A DNA stretch of 64,000 nt from positions 1 to 64,000 of the forward strand of contig NW_026861002.1 in the NCBI RefSeq assembly GCF_026571515.1, read 5' to 3'. The notes below the pieces were generated by a model. The model ran no database searches. It had not been told where the DNA came from and was given only the letters and a program-made list of their open reading frames with translations. Shown in pieces: positions 13,600-27,849 of this stretch. Origin of the DNA: Ruditapes philippinarum (Eukaryota). Position numbers and translations under genes: made by a program. Every line of letters begins with the position of its first letter. Positions within the stretch are counted from its first letter, which is position 1.

Positions 13600-15400
13600 C
13601 ATCAATCAGAGATTTCCAAATGTTATCTCTATATTAATATTATTAATTCGACCCAATTTCATACCCTGTATTGGATGCAACATCCATCCGTAAGTGTTTG
13701 TCCTGTTTCTGTTAAGTACCCTTTTTGGTGCCATTCCAGTGATCCATTTGACTGTAGCATTTGTTATAATGTACAGGGAAAGTTTTATTCCTATAAACCT
13801 TATCGAGAGACAAACTGGATACTGACATATTTGTAATTGTACAATAAACATACGTCTTAAGTAATTAAATCACTTTTATTTCGTAGTCTTTACTGTATTT
13901 TTAGGTGATTTTCATTTGAATATGTTTGAAGTACAAATTCTCAAACAATCTTTGGGATAAATTACTTTTACAAATATTTTGTGTCTCGATCAATTTTTCA
14001 GTAATATCACGTCTCTAGTATCAGTGCGTCATAAGCAAAATAAGATAAAAATATTTCTTAATCGTACAAATTTGTATTCCAGTAACTTCCGTGTTGTGAC
14101 ACATCCAAGCCAGACATTATATCCGCGAAATTAGATTACGTTAAATCCTACAGGAGCATGTCTATATTCTTGATATATATCACTAGAGTCCTCAACTTTG
14201 TTAATCATTATTTTCTATGACATTTCCGTGTATAAATTTGTTTACACTTGCTTGTATCTCAGTTTTCTTATAATCAATTCATTAAAAAAGTTAAGAGATC
14301 TGTTGAAGTGAGAGCGTTCCTACATTTTTATCTTAGAACATTACAAAATATGGGAGGAAGTGTTCTTACTTGCACCTATGAGACTTTTGCTTATAGGTCT
14401 AATGCTGCAATGCGAATGTTAATTTAGATTACTGTTATTTTAATATTATCTATTTTATTTTTTAACACACTGTGATAGCAGATGGGTTTTTTTTGCCATC
14501 ATTAATTACACATCTAATTCGATAATGTTTAAGATATACTTGAATAAATGAGTTTAAACGACATCCTTATTTGTAAACATTAACAAGTAATTATAATTGA
14601 AAATGCGTCGGATATTTCATGTGTATGATGTCTTGTTATGTAACGTCTAGCCTGTACTGCGTCATTTAATTATAATGTAAATCTTTTAATATCTTTTAAT
14701 TTGTTTCTTAGCCATATGATAAGTACTGCTTCTATCTGATAAGCTATGATTCATCATTCTCAATGTAAACATGCATTGAGCACTTAAAGAATTACTTTAA
14801 CGCTCAAAAACGTCAAATTGATAGGAAACGATTATTTTTGTTTATAAATTCGAGAGTCTCCCAATAAATTTTTAAGAGTTTCCGTTTAAGTACGATAGAC
14901 ATGCTAGGAAAGATTGTCTGGAAGTGATCGGCTCATAACGACAGTTGCAATAGCGGAAGAAAAGTGTAATTCTCCGATACTTGAAACTGAGAAATTTAGA
15001 ATAAGTGTCTCTAACTATTCCCAGAAGAAATAAAAAATGTTTACATTTGAAAAGATAAGGAATTCAACACATTCTACAGATCTCGCTAAATTTTGATAGG
15101 TTCATTCGTCAAGATGTAGTTGCCTGAGCTAAAAGACTATGTGGTTTTAAACTTTTTTGTTTATTTTGATTTTATATTCCCTCATTACCTATAGGTTGGA
15201 GCCTATTTTCGACAGAAGCACGTGCAATTTATCAAATAATACTCTATGTTTACCTGTGCAAAGTATTTCATAAGCCTTGATATTATCTGTGAATAGAACA
15301 GGCAAGTTAAAATATTTGTCTGGCTGAAACTAATTGCTCTTGTTGCGGATGTTTGCAACGGCCTCAGTGTTGAAGAATGTCTTTATTTAATCTTTGCAGC
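13600..15400 (-). pseudogene. Several CUB-like domain remnants
   Basis: EYRHAPVGFNVI*FRGYNVWLGCVTTRKLLEY; SSGNYIL..TYQNLARSVECVEFLI; HVYRT*TETLKIYWET; ORF 13606-13851 contains NATVKW. Confidence 0.6.
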
Positions 15401-15624
15401 TATTGAAAAATATACATATTTTTATGAAATGATATCTTAGTGTCGATTCAAAGATACCGTTTTAAATCATATCAGGTTTACAGAAATATTCCGTCACTGA
15501 TTGCGTTTACGTTGTTTTTAGCTTTCCAAGTTCTTATGGTACAGAATCCATCTTATTGATTTTACCTGATATTCTTATTACACCGATGATTGAATAACAC
15601 GGGGTATTTTTAATTTTGATTACT

Positions 15625-15812
15625 TGTTATCGCAGCACCAAAATAAAGGTCATATGTCGACTTTCCAGCTTAACGAGGGGCAGAACGAGCGGGCACCTGA
15701 GTAGGTCTACCAACCTCCCATGATCTAGCTGGATAGTTACATCATATGAAAGCATCATAATTCAAGTCCTTTGAAGTCAAAGAGCTCAATCTCTCGGCAA
15801 CGGACGTCCACG
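15625..15812 (-). mobile_element. Old, internally deleted copy of the same SINE
   Basis: Matches blocks ttccagctt, cgggcacctgagtag, ctagctggatag, ttgaagtcaa, ctcggcaacggacg. Confidence 0.75.
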
Positions 15813-15879
15813 AAGGCGCATGTTAACTTGGTAATGTTTAATATGAATAAGTAAATATATCTATATGACAGTTTTGTTA

Positions 15880-17430
15880 AGCTTCTAACAGCTCTTCCTA
15901 AAAGCAAGAATATGAATGTATACAGTGTCTTCTAGGAAAAGAGTCGTTACAACATGTGGACTTTTTTCTACTGGTGTTGACATGATATACTATGGATAAA
16001 ATACTTTTAATTTATTGAAATCTAGGAACGTCTTACTAAAACTATGTTTGGGAAGCTGCATACACAATTATTAATTTAGTCTACTAGTATTCCTATAACG
16101 ACTGCCAGTTTTTATAATTGCACTAAATTAGCATACTGTGATTACCTGTAGTGAGTAGAGTTTAAAACATAACATATCTTCTTTGTGTGTATTCAAAAGA
16201 TGTTAATTTTATATTTCAAAAGAGACTGTACAGTTATTAACAGTTTTTTTCTCTCAAATATCAAATTTGAGCATAATATATCTTCAAAGTATTGTGTTGT
16301 TAAGAGATTCGCGTGCTTTGAAGCATTACATCTACATTTGCAACATAACAATCATTTTTGTTTGAATTGAAAAACAATTTGTTTACGGACTTTACTATTA
16401 TTTTTTTGCACTAAATGCAACCTTAACCCTTTATATCTTGTAATGGCGCTTTCTTTCTATATAAGAGAGTTATTCATCTTTATGTCATCACAATGGCCAC
16501 ATTGTCTGGTAAACAAGATGTTATTTATTAATATTTAGCTATTGCACCGTAATGTTGTTAACAGCGTACTACTATGGGTGCGAAATTTTGTGTTCTGGAC
16601 CTCTGGTAGTATACGAGTATGTCGTATTCTTTCTTAACAATATTTTCATATTCTTTTGATATATAATAAATGGTCATTTATGAAATATCAGATAAAATAC
16701 CAATGTGCACGATGCAATTTAATATCAGACATACAAGGTCTGGAGACTACTTCTAATCGGTAGACATTGCAATCAAGTAAGCAATTCAGACAGAACTGAA
16801 CCGTGTCAAGAAACTCTTAATTAAGATTTAGAAATTGTATATCTTTCTTGGATCAGTGCACGCAACAATCTGCCTCGTAATGTACTTTTGTTCAGCTTTG
16901 TGGCCGGTCGATCCACATTGTTCTTTGTCTGTCAATATGTTGATGTAAAAATGAAGAGATTTCTTCAAGGATATTGAGTTTTGATAATTGCAATCGAAAA
17001 TTACTAGGATTGCAAACTTACATGACTTTAGGGTAAAGTACACAATTAAAATAGTCCCAAGTCATAAATGGATGGAATTTCCTCAAATAAAGTTCATCAA
17101 CTGCTAAACTGCTTAGAAAGTTCTTTCATCGACTATAACTGGCCTGATAAGATTCAGTCATTAATAATTCAGTTGTGAAAAGTGTACTGAAAATCAGAGG
17201 GTCTTCACCAACATCAGTAACTAACAAAAATGCTTTGTTTTGCAAGGGTTTAATGTACTTTATCATCTATTTAGAATTTTGAAAAATCCGGTATGTTCAC
17301 TTAATTCACTTAGCTGAATCGTGAGTATTTTTTTCCGATCTGTATTTGCCATCCTTGTAGCATGTCTTTTATTTTTGGTAGTTAACAGGTGCTGATCGGG
17401 TTACACCTCCACTGTGGTCGTTACCTAACA
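15880..17430 (-). pseudogene. Long contiguous decayed coding block (CUB-like repeats)
   Basis: A frame of about 120 codons with only 2 internal stops (PLQNKAFLLVTDVGEDPLIFSTLFTTE...WDYFNCVLYPKV...). GNDHSGGVTRSAPVNYQK*KTCY at the right end. 16135-16290 is homologous to 19945-20095. Confidence 0.55.
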
Positions 17431-18149
17431 GGTTTTTATTTTGGTACGTTTAACATTTATGATAAATCTATTCTAAAATTTGTCATTTATTTTGGCTAAT
17501 TTGCTATAATCTAACCCACTAAAATCATAAACATTCACCTCATTTCCCAAATACCAAACTACACATCAACTATTTTAAAAACACTGCTAAAGTGAGATAA
17601 GGATTTCAACCTGTGGATGGATCGCACATCAAAATCAAAATTGTACATTAAATTTTAATGAATAAATGCACTGTTAAAATTCAAATGCATATTTTAAAGT
17701 TTATATACATGTAAAAAGTAATCATTGTCACTTAAATAGTATTTTCTTCTGTAATATCTATTTCTGGAAAGGGCTTAATCTTATGTTGTAAGAACTTGTT
17801 GCCCAACCCATTTGCATTTTTTATATATTCTCATTTTTTTATATAATATGTTTGTAAACATGTATTTAATGCAATAAAATAATTTTAAACTAATTAATGA
17901 TGAATCCATGGCCGTGTCACCTTAAATATTCCGAAAAAGGATATTCATTGAGTGCCATAAAAACAAAAACTAGGTGAACATCACAGACTCATTTTGATTG
18001 AGACATTATATCGCAACACCTTCCACTCCCCTGGCATTAATTAATCTTCATAAATCACAAGACTGTGGTGTTTTTAACCTCTATTTTCTAGCATCTATAA
18101 TAAACAATTCAAAAAGCTTGCTCAAGAAGCTCTTTTCCAAGGCTATGCA

Positions 18150-20660
18150 TGCCGCTTTTAAATTTGTCTAGAAGATATCTATATAACATATGCTAAATGC
18201 AAATACTAATTTAATTTTCAAACAAATGTTTGTGTTCATTTTGTTTAGTATTTGCTTCAACCACATTGGCTGTGCAGTTTATTTTTTGAGACAACATCAA
18301 ACACCAAACATTTAAAAAAAGATTTTCCTGGTGCTTGTTACTAATATCACATGTATTTACCACTAGAAGTTTATGTTATTCATTTCAGAATGTCTGATCC
18401 TGAAAACAGAACTAATTAAATGGTCCTCTTATTTGTATACCGTTTGCAAATATATATTTGTTCTGTAAAGCAGACGAAATTGAATTTGATTTGCTACAAG
18501 GAAATTAAAATTGATTTAAATGTCTTTGAAGTCTGTATCAAGGAAATGCACGTAAAAACTTATTTGTTATAATGCACGCATCTAATATCCAGTGATTTTA
18601 TCTGTTAACTGTCGTATTTTAACATTCGTGTCATACTTTTTTTAAAAATATTGCATGTTTGTTTTCATTTCTTTAATAGTGTATATTTACATTAATATCA
18701 CATTTAAGAAGACCGCTTTTGTTAAAACTAACATTATTATGAATAAGGAAAAGATCTTATTTTATAACCATGTTAAAGTTATGAAATTAATTTTAATTAT
18801 TTGTTTCAATATCCGTTTCTCAATATTGTATTGCTCTACTTCATGCAGTTTTTATTTATTTTATCATTCATGATTGGAGTTCATGTGTCTGTCAGTTTCA
18901 GAAATGTATATAATTGTAATGTTCTGTTGCATAACAATGACTAACGTGCACACAAAGCATAATCTAACCGCATTGCTTTTGTCTGAGTTATATAGACCTT
19001 TTTAAATTGTCGATGTAGATTTGTATCTTTGTTATTAAACAAAATTATGAATGTGTACTCTTTTATCTTTCAAGAATAATTCATTTGAAAAAAAAAACGA
19101 TACACTATCTCAGTCTAACCCGTGCATTATCAGCTTAAAGATGTTTTGAAATAAAAACGCACTATCTGTATCGAGGTATTTGAGAATTGAAACGAATATA
19201 CCTTGTTGAAGATAACACAATATATATATATAATTACCAGGAAGTATTTTTATTTTATATAATAGCAGCGACATAGTTTTCAACAAATAATAACAGCTTC
19301 TTTGCGGGGCTTTTTTAAACCATTCTTTTGGTAATTGATTGACTCTTTCCTTTGAAAGTAACTGCTGTTAAATTTCTATTTGAATTGTTTCTTTGGCTTA
19401 AAGCAAAACCTGAAGATGGCTGTCTTTTAACTTCATTTAATTTGTTGTCATATTAGGATGGAAAACACCGTCTTTTTTTCGACTCTGCCAACACTAGCTA
19501 ATACAGTAATAGTATACAGCCTTTGGGACCGCGAATTCTAGTCTCGTGTTGTGCGGCATTTATTCTTGAAATTTATTCTTGAAATTAACAATGTCAAATT
19601 GTTCAAAATCCTATTGTCAAGTTTAGAAGATAGCACTAGTATTTAGAGGAAATATATTTAAGATCTTTGGCTTTAGTTTAGCCTTAGTTTAGCCACATAT
19701 CGATATATGATGTAAGGTGTGCAGCAAATGGCTTCAATTCTGAACTAACAGACCTAGTTAAAGATATACTATGCTCATCTTTGAGTCGAAGTAATTAATT
19801 ACAACCAATGTAATTCTAACTGAATATGTCTAATTTAGATAAAAAATGAATAAACTATGCATTGGAAGTCACGTTCTCTATAATAGGACAGGTAAAGTTG
19901 GTCTTTCCTTAAAAAAACTGCCATTTTTTAACGACACTATATATTCATACTGTGATGACCTGTAGTGTGTAGAGTTTTAAACATGGCATATCAACTTTGT
20001 GTAAAGTCAAAACATGTTTATTTCATATTTACAAAGAGACTGAGTAGCAATTACCAATATTTTCTGATATCAAATTTGAGCATAGTATATCTTTAATGAA
20101 AATTTATACATTATTTTTGAAAGTTACATGAAAGAGCCCGATATTTGTTTAATACCATTAGGCTTACCTGTTGGAGGCCCACATGGAAGATTGGGAAACC
20201 ACATTACTGTACTGTACTGTACTGTAATGTACTCTTCTCTACTCCACTCCACTCTACTCTACTCTACTCTACTCCACTCTACTCTACCCATTTCGGTTAG
20301 CCAATTACACTTTATTACGAATATTGATATGAATTTGTCAGTTCGGACAGTTTTCTTATTTATAGGCATTTATAAACGGCGTTTAAATAAAATGGCTGTT
20401 TCTAGTATTTTGGCATGAAAAATAGACGGGTGTGATTTATATTGCTATTTTGATAAAAATCTTCCGCAGGTATGTTTTCTTGAGATACATTTGATTCTAA
20501 AAGTATTATTATAATGTCGCAGGGGAATCTTAAAATTCAACATTCGGCTTTCATCTGGCATTTTCCGCATATAAATTCCAAATTATCGCATGCAACAAAT
20601 GTATTTTGAAAAGTATTGACCGTGTTTTAATCATGTACATATAGGTAATCGCTAATATGC
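18150..20660 (-). pseudogene. Decayed coding block, paralog of 31180-33135 plus 34120-34250
   Basis: TCDISNKHQENL..INCTA (18265-18355) versus ECDISNEHKEKL..LNCTA (31280-31375). Collinear DNA homology over ~2 kb. Confidence 0.55.
20140..20287 (+). repeat. Short retroelement-like 3' end with (ACTGT)n/(ACTCT)n microsatellite
   Basis: Pentanucleotide run at 20205-20287; absent from the paralog at 32960-33056. Confidence 0.6.
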
Positions 20661-21847
20661 AGAAAAATGCTTATCTGTAAATACATATATGCAGACAGTC
20701 ACATCCAATTCTACATGTATTCTTATTAACATATTAACATTAGAATTAATTAAATATGAATTCAATATTTGATATTTTTGAGACCTGGTATTTTTTCTAG
20801 ACCTTTTCTTCCCTTTATTAAAGGACCTGTATAACGGTATCTGTTTGATGCCCTGTGTGTGTAAAATTCCATCATGGGCCCTGTCACCACTAGAAATGTA
20901 CACCAATTTAACCTCAGTACTGGATAGGTCTGTCACAAGTTAAGAAATATAATTTGAAATATATTATTTACAATCAAATCACTCAGTCAGGCTGAGCCAC
21001 CTTTTTTTTTCCATGACTCTTTAAATAGAATATTGATATATATAGGTAAAATTATTAGCCATAAATGAGCTTATGATTGCATGGGCAGTCAAATTAAAGC
21101 CATTAGTAAAAAAAGGGTTGACCTGGGATAACCCCAGTGAAGAGTGAAATATGACACTCAACACCTACAGGTACATTATAAATATTTAGTTTGGTGTTTA
21201 TGATCAGTTTTAGCACAAATAGTAATTTAATTTCCCCTGATACCACAAATATGAATTTATTTAGAGTCCCGAGGATCTTTTTATGATGAAATCTTAACTG
21301 AAAAACCAGGTTTTAATAAACTGAATAATTATAAAATTCCTTGCCACAATAACTAGAAGGTACATAAAGCCAGTCAAAAAAATATTTCTATCCATATTCA
21401 TCATTCAGGGACCTCCATCCATTTGATGAATTTCTCCAACTGGTAAATTTTTCATCTTATTATGTTCTGTTTGTTAATATAAAAGAATTTGTTTTATGTT
21501 TACATTCAGCGAGAATATTCTGTAATGACTAAGATAGACAGATAAGAACAAACTATTTAGTTAACATGAGTTACATCCCTTCAAATGGAGAAAAAGATGA
21601 AACCCATAAGAAATTGCCATGTCTGACAGAGAGCAAAATTATAAAATTCTGCAGCAAAATTATAAAATTCTGCAGGCTCAGTTTGATTAGGCCCATTAGG
21701 AGGTAGTGGTAATAACTGCGGGTCAAAAATTAAATGATATCATTTTCAAGGGATGTTTCTGATATGATTTACTTTAAATAATGGGTTATTATCAATGAAT
21801 GTTTCTTTCAGACTTCTATGCCCATGTATATTAGAGTATTGACATTG

Positions 21848-22255
21848 CCAGCTAGATAGCTCAGCTGAGTGAGTCAGTCATCCCACATACATATATAATA
21901 TTCTGATTCAGGTTTGATTCCGGTCAAACTGCATATTTTTTCTCACCCTGTGATATTTTCACCCTGTTACTTTTAGGATTCAATATAAGTCTATGATGGT
22001 ACATATATGTAACTCAATCATAAGTCAATTCACTTTGTTACTTAAGTGCTCCAATGAAAAAGGACAAATTTCAATATGCTGGGGGTTATGTCAATGCATA
22101 GAACTACGAGACTGAAAATGTTTAAGCTGTAGAGCTGCTGTATGGTATTCCAAGGGTTCTGGGTTTTTTGGTAGTGCTGAGATATGGTGTTCTGAGTGTC
22201 TCTGGTTTGAGTTTTAGTCAGGCTGCATTTTATTTTCTCACTCTTTGATATTGAT
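21848..22255 (+). repeat. Two decayed tRNA-related repeat relics
   Basis: tagctcag..ggtttgattcc..ctgcatattttttctcaccctgtgatatt (21850-21960) and a similar unit at 22170-22252. Confidence 0.4.
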
Positions 22256-22569
22256 AACTATTTTCAGCTCATTATTGGCTGCCTGGACTGCATATATTAA
22301 TGATTTATTTGTATTAAATCAATATTGTTATTATAATAAATATTTAATTATTGTCTATATATGTGACTTTATTTTTGATAAGGCATTGTAACAGTACTAC
22401 TTCTTAATTTGACCTTTTTTGAATGAGGGGGAGAAGCCCTTAATTAACTCCTTACCAGTAAATTTTATTTTGCACGATGATGATAGCTTGAAAGGATTTA
22501 GATTAATAAAATACTACATGAATCATTTTGTCCTATTGGATTGTAAAATATTTATGGATTCAATGTCAA

Positions 22570-22786
22570 AAAACTATATGGAGTTCTCCTCGGTGACATT
22601 AAAAAGTCCCTACTGGCCATACATGTAGGAACTTGCAGACCATGAGACAGGGTGGTCTGTACCAAGACAGACCAGATATCGAGACAGGGTGAACTGGGCA
22701 GGCAGTGATGTTCAGATCCCCAACTCAGAAAGGAAGTACACTCATACTGTTGGAAAAAGGCGTAAAATGAAACAAACAAACAAACA
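22570..22786 (+). mobile_element. Probable SINE 3' portion
   Basis: GC-richer body ending tgttggaaaaaggcgtaaaatg(aaac)n. Confidence 0.45.
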
Positions 22787-23334
22787 CTCAAGGTCCTAGT
22801 CTTCAATTACTTCATTTGCTTACTTGTAGTAAAGGTGCCGGAAACAATAGTATGGTATCACAAAAGCACAGACTGTAATAAAAGTCAATCCAAAAAAGAT
22901 ACTATAAACTGAATTCAAAGATTATACAAAAGAAATTTATTAATTCTTTATAGTAAACATAAAAATAAAGATACTAGGTATTTAATTTTGATATAATGTA
23001 TAGCATATTAACACATATAAAGTGTATTATGCAATATAAATTTCAACTTAGTGCTTAAATACTTTCTGATGCACTCAGTAAATCCACATGCTTTAAACAT
23101 GATTTACTAATCTTTGGATTCCCACACTCCTCCCCACCTAGCTCCAATGAGATCCACTAGGTTGACCATACCATGTACCTTACCTCATATTGTTTGATTA
23201 CAGTTTGGAATGAAAAAATGAAAGTTTATTCTAAATATTATAAAGCTTTTATTAAATTTCACAAGGCTTTCAAGAGTGGACACATCAACAATGTAATTGT
23301 CATTTTATTTTTTGAAAATGTGTTGGACTGCCGG

Positions 23335-24230
23335 TCTGATGCATGTAGATGCTGCGTTGGCATATAGCGATTCCTCTTTGTGTGTGTGTATGTGTGTGTG
23401 TGTGTGTGTGTGTGCATGCGTGCCTGCGTGTGTGTTTTATACATAATATGGTAAACATCTTTTGAAAAACATCTTATCAAATTTCAACCAAACTTGTCAG
23501 GGTTGTTCCATGAGTGAAGGGCTTCCAAAGTTGTTCAAAGACTTAAATAAGGCCTAGAGCATAAAATTTTGCATAAGGCATTGTCTGGTAGACATTCACA
23601 AGAATTTCACATTATACCCCGGGGTCAAATTAACCCTGCGCTAGGGTTCATAGATTTTCCTGATATGTATGTAGTTAAAACTTAAAAATCTTCTCCTCTG
23701 AATTGACAAAGGTTAGATATTTGTCATGAAACATTGGGTAGTGAACCTCTACCAAGATTATTCACGTTACAGCCCAAGGGTCAAAATTAGCCACACCCCT
23801 GGGGTCATATATTAAGGTTTTCCTTATATGTATATAGCAAAAACTTTTTAAAAAATCTTCTTATCTTAAGGCTTAGAGCTTAGATACTTGGTAAATAATA
23901 TCATCAGTACGTCCTTTACCAAAGTTTTTCAAATGTTGCCCCTAGTGAAATAGCAACAGGGGGTCATAGGTTTTTCTTAAATATATAAACATGTATAGAA
24001 AAAAAAACTTAAAAAATATTCTCCTCTCAATTGACAAAGACTAGAGGTAAGATATTTGGCATGATACATTGTGTAGTAGACCTCTACCAAGATTGTTTTA
24101 ATTTTAGCCCTGAGATAAAATTTGCCTTGTGCGAGGGTTGGGGGAGGAGTCATTAATTTCGTTATGTACTTGTAGTAAAAAATTAAGAATGTACAAGGCT
24201 AGAGCTTAGGGCTTTGATGCCTAAATTTTG
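23335..24230 (+). mobile_element. Helitron/HINE-like non-autonomous element with a (TG)n microsatellite and internal ~160-170-bp tandem monomers
   Basis: (TG)n at 23379-23434, then 4-5 diverged monomers (cctctaccaaga-like motif at ~23745, 23912, 24081; ggggtca; aaaaatcttct). Confidence 0.7.
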
Positions 24231-24779
24231 TCAAGTACAAATACTTTTATTTTGAATCAATTATTGCACTATGGCGTGCATTTTTTCATGTGAATGTGTT
24301 TTGCATGTAAACGAAAATGTTCACCTCTTTAAGTCTTGCTGAATGATTCAATTCCACATTTTTATAGACTACAAACCTGCATGTTGGTCTTGTTTTTAAA
24401 GTAATAGATAAAAACACTGAATACTCTATTTTACTATTTCAGTATTGTATACTGCAGATAATTAACAGGTCTTTGCAAACTGATTTCTGTATTGCTCTTC
24501 AGTTTTGCAAACCATATAGTCTTGCCTGGAAAAACAAAGCACTAGTCTGTAGGAACAACACCTCTTTCTTGTCCTATTAATAACTTGAGAAGAAATAAGC
24601 CTAGATTTGTGCTAGGAATTGATTGTAACCAGAAGATGACTTCTATTGAGGGCAGTAGATTAAAATTGCATGGTCTTGATAGCACAAATAGAGACCGTAT
24701 TGTCAAGCAATGTATACCTCAGTGCTTGCAGCGCTTTGATTTATAGTCCTGTTGCTATGATAAAAGTCAGTTACAAATG

Positions 24780-27150
24780 TGACTCTCTTTAATGTTTCTG
24801 TTTCTGTTTCCGGAAGTTATCAATCTCTTTCTTGCCAAACAAGCTGTTAATCTGCACAACGGAAGGTCGATAGTTCGTTCAACATTACATTAAGTAAGTT
24901 TGTGGCAGGGAACATAAAACATAAATTTTATGTTTTATGTTCCCTGCCACAAACTTACTTAATGTTCTACATTTAATGCCAGACGTCATTTAGTTTTATG
25001 TTACTTTTCGGATAACTTCCTTATTGGCAAATATATTATCACATTCCATGTTTAAATCATCTGTAATTTAGTGTGAAGACACTATTTTTGTTAAGACACC
25101 AAGTTTCGTAATTATCACATTACCATTTTAAACAGGATGTATGTTCTTAGAAGATCATATCCATTTTGATCAGGGAATTCCGTGTCATTTACTAAATAAT
25201 GCATTGTGTCTATAAAAGTTTTAGGCTTAGATATATCAATTACATCTATCTTATCTTTAATGTGCTGAAATTATGTATGCAATCTATCTATAATTTCCCT
25301 CGGGGTCAACGCGAATCGACGAGGCTAGTCGTGTTTTGCATTTCTATAGATTTACAACTTAAAAATGACTTAATAGTATTAGTTTGAATAATACATATGT
25401 GAATGATAAGTTTATTGATAATCACAAATTATATCCTTACCTCAAACTATCAAACGTTTGCATGCATATTGCTTTCTGGATAAAAATCTTCCACATTTCT
25501 TTCTTGAAGGAGATTTATTTTGAAGACAATTATTTCCTTATTCTAGTAATATCACAGGGGAATCTCTAATTTCAACGCTCGGCGATCGTCTGACATTTCC
25601 GCATATAAAGCTGTATTAAATAATGGCATGTCACAAATATGTTTTCAAAAGTATTGACGGCGTTCTCATCAGGTACACATGGGTCATCACAATCTTGTAA
25701 AAACAGCAATTCTGATTATTTTTTTCTGTCTTCGAATAAAAATAGTAAAATAAACTGTATATTTTTTGTAAATAAATGGTATTGAATATACCTGCCATCT
25801 CTTTCATTTGTTCAGCCCACTGACTTTTTATCTTCAAATGATTCTTTTATGTAATATTTTATATTACTTTATGTAGTTATTATCAAATAAATGTTCTTAT
25901 TTTAACAAATAAAAAGCCTTAAAGTATATTTCATTAGAATACAGATGTTGACATATGGAATAACAGTTAAAATGTAAATTCAGCCTTTATTTTTGTAGCT
26001 GCATCGTCATTGTTGTTTGCCCTTCAGTTAGTGGAAAAAGTTCTTCCAAGTTAAATTTCATTTTCTTTTAGCAACAGCTAAGATCGTTGGAAGTCTTAAA
26101 CAATCCTACACGGAACTACATTGCTCGATTTTTGAAAAATTACAACTTAATTAACAAAATTAATTACAAGACAAATACATAAACTATACTTCCGCTTTAT
26201 CTCGGAAATGCCGTTCGCTCGTTTTTCCGTACACCACCAAAATTTGCCAGTTTGATATTCCCTAGTTTTTATTTTTATTTTAATATCATCAATTTCAACA
26301 GAATTTATGTACTGTATAATTTTTTCTTCATGGCATTCTTCCATGTCTTTATCTATAAAATGCATTGCGTTTATCAAAGTTCAACTTGAAATATTTGTTT
26401 CAAGAAAATATATTTTATCTTTTCAATTTGACCTTAGACTTGTACTGAAATGAAAGGTTGAAAGGTCGGGTGTTGTATCTCAATGAACTTGATATCAAGT
26501 TCTTAAAAATAAAACTTGCATTTTTTGCTTTCCTACCAATTTCCGGTAGCATCTTCAGATACAGCCACAATACATTATTTAGAGATAATGCTAATCAAGG
26601 TGGCGAACCCGGAAATAAATGAAAGTTTTTCTGACTAATGATAATTGACACAATTTTATCTTTATCCGTATTCTAGGTCAGTGATATAGACTGTTGATTT
26701 ATAATCAATAACTAGTAGTTTATTTATAAGACTGTAATTAAGTTTTTTTTCACACATTCACAATATCATCAAGAAGAAATACAAGTGACTGACACTAAGT
26801 ATGACATATCCTTTGTGTAAGTATGCTGTTGTAGATAGAAAAAAAAAACATTGAATTAATGTTATTCTAACTGTTTTGTTCAACAGTTATCAAGTCCAAA
26901 CATATTTACGTATAGCTATCATCTAAGGCCATAATCAATTTATCATTTCTTCGTAGAAATGGTTCTCGCATGTGTCAATTAACCAATAAATTTGCTCAAT
27001 GCAAAACTGTCAGTGTGGTTGCAGATAAAAGATTTTATTTCCTAGTGACCTAAATAGAGCTGGTAAAATGCTTTAAATGAACTAGAAATTTCATCGCTGA
27101 CAAATTAGATGGCATCGGTGCTATACTTAAATATTCTACACTTTTTAACT
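24780..27150 (-). pseudogene. Decayed coding block (repeat modules shared with 28770-31170 and 34120-35990)
   Basis: MLNELSTFRCAD*QLVWQER..LPETETETLKRV; YAEMSDDRRALKLEIP..NKEII; KSFICNHTDSFALSKFIG. Synonymous differences versus paralogs include ctt/cta, ttt/ttc, gac/gat, gct/gca. Confidence 0.6.
24887..24965. repeat. Perfect palindrome: 39-bp arms with a 1-nt spacer
   Basis: acattaagtaagtttgtggcagggaacataaaacataaa-t-tttatgttttatgttccctgccacaaacttacttaatgt. Confidence 0.97.
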
Positions 27151-27235
27151 ATACGAGTTGTGCAGTGTTTTAAATTCATGTAGAAAAATGGCTGACTTTA
27201 TTTACATGTTGAGCAAAAAGAACACTAAAGGTTAC

Positions 27236-27269
27236 ATTTTATTTATTTATTTATTTATTTTATATAAAT

Positions 27270-27316
<47 letters not shown>

Positions 27317-27318
27317 TT
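27236..27318. repeat. (TTTA)n microsatellite, probably the tail of a minus-strand retroelement running into the gap
   Basis: About 19 TTTA units with one interruption. Confidence 0.8.
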
Positions 27319-27582
27319 AAAGTCTCATCTACATGGCACAATATAATACAAAAAAACATAAAAATCATTAGAGCATTAGAACATGTATATAGCCATTCTA
27401 TACAGAATTACAGGAGGCTATGAATGAATTGAATGAATATGGCACATAACTATATACAGCATTTTATTATTATGACAATTTAAAAGATACAATTAAGAAA
27501 CAGATGCTCTAATCGTAGGTAAAACAAAGATAAGAATGAAACAATACGACTTTGAGTTAAAAGAGGAGCAATTATGAGTGAA

Positions 27583-27721
27583 NNNNNNNNNNNNNNNNNN
27601 NNNNNNNNNNNNNNNNNNNNNNNNNNNNNNNNNNNNNNNNNNNNNNNNNNNNNNNNNNNNNNNNNNNNNNNNNNNNNNNNNNNNNNNNNNNNNNNNNNNN
27701 NNNNNNNNNNNNNNNNNNNNN
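27583..27721. other. Assembly gap
   Basis: 139 N. Confidence 0.99.
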
Positions 27722-27849
27722 TTACTCATATTGTCGCACACTCACGTATGCATGCAAGTAATAATGTACATATTGTGAAATTTAATAATACACGACCATT
27801 TGTTCTAAAATCCAAAAGAATATATATATTTTTAAACGTGCAGCTATTA

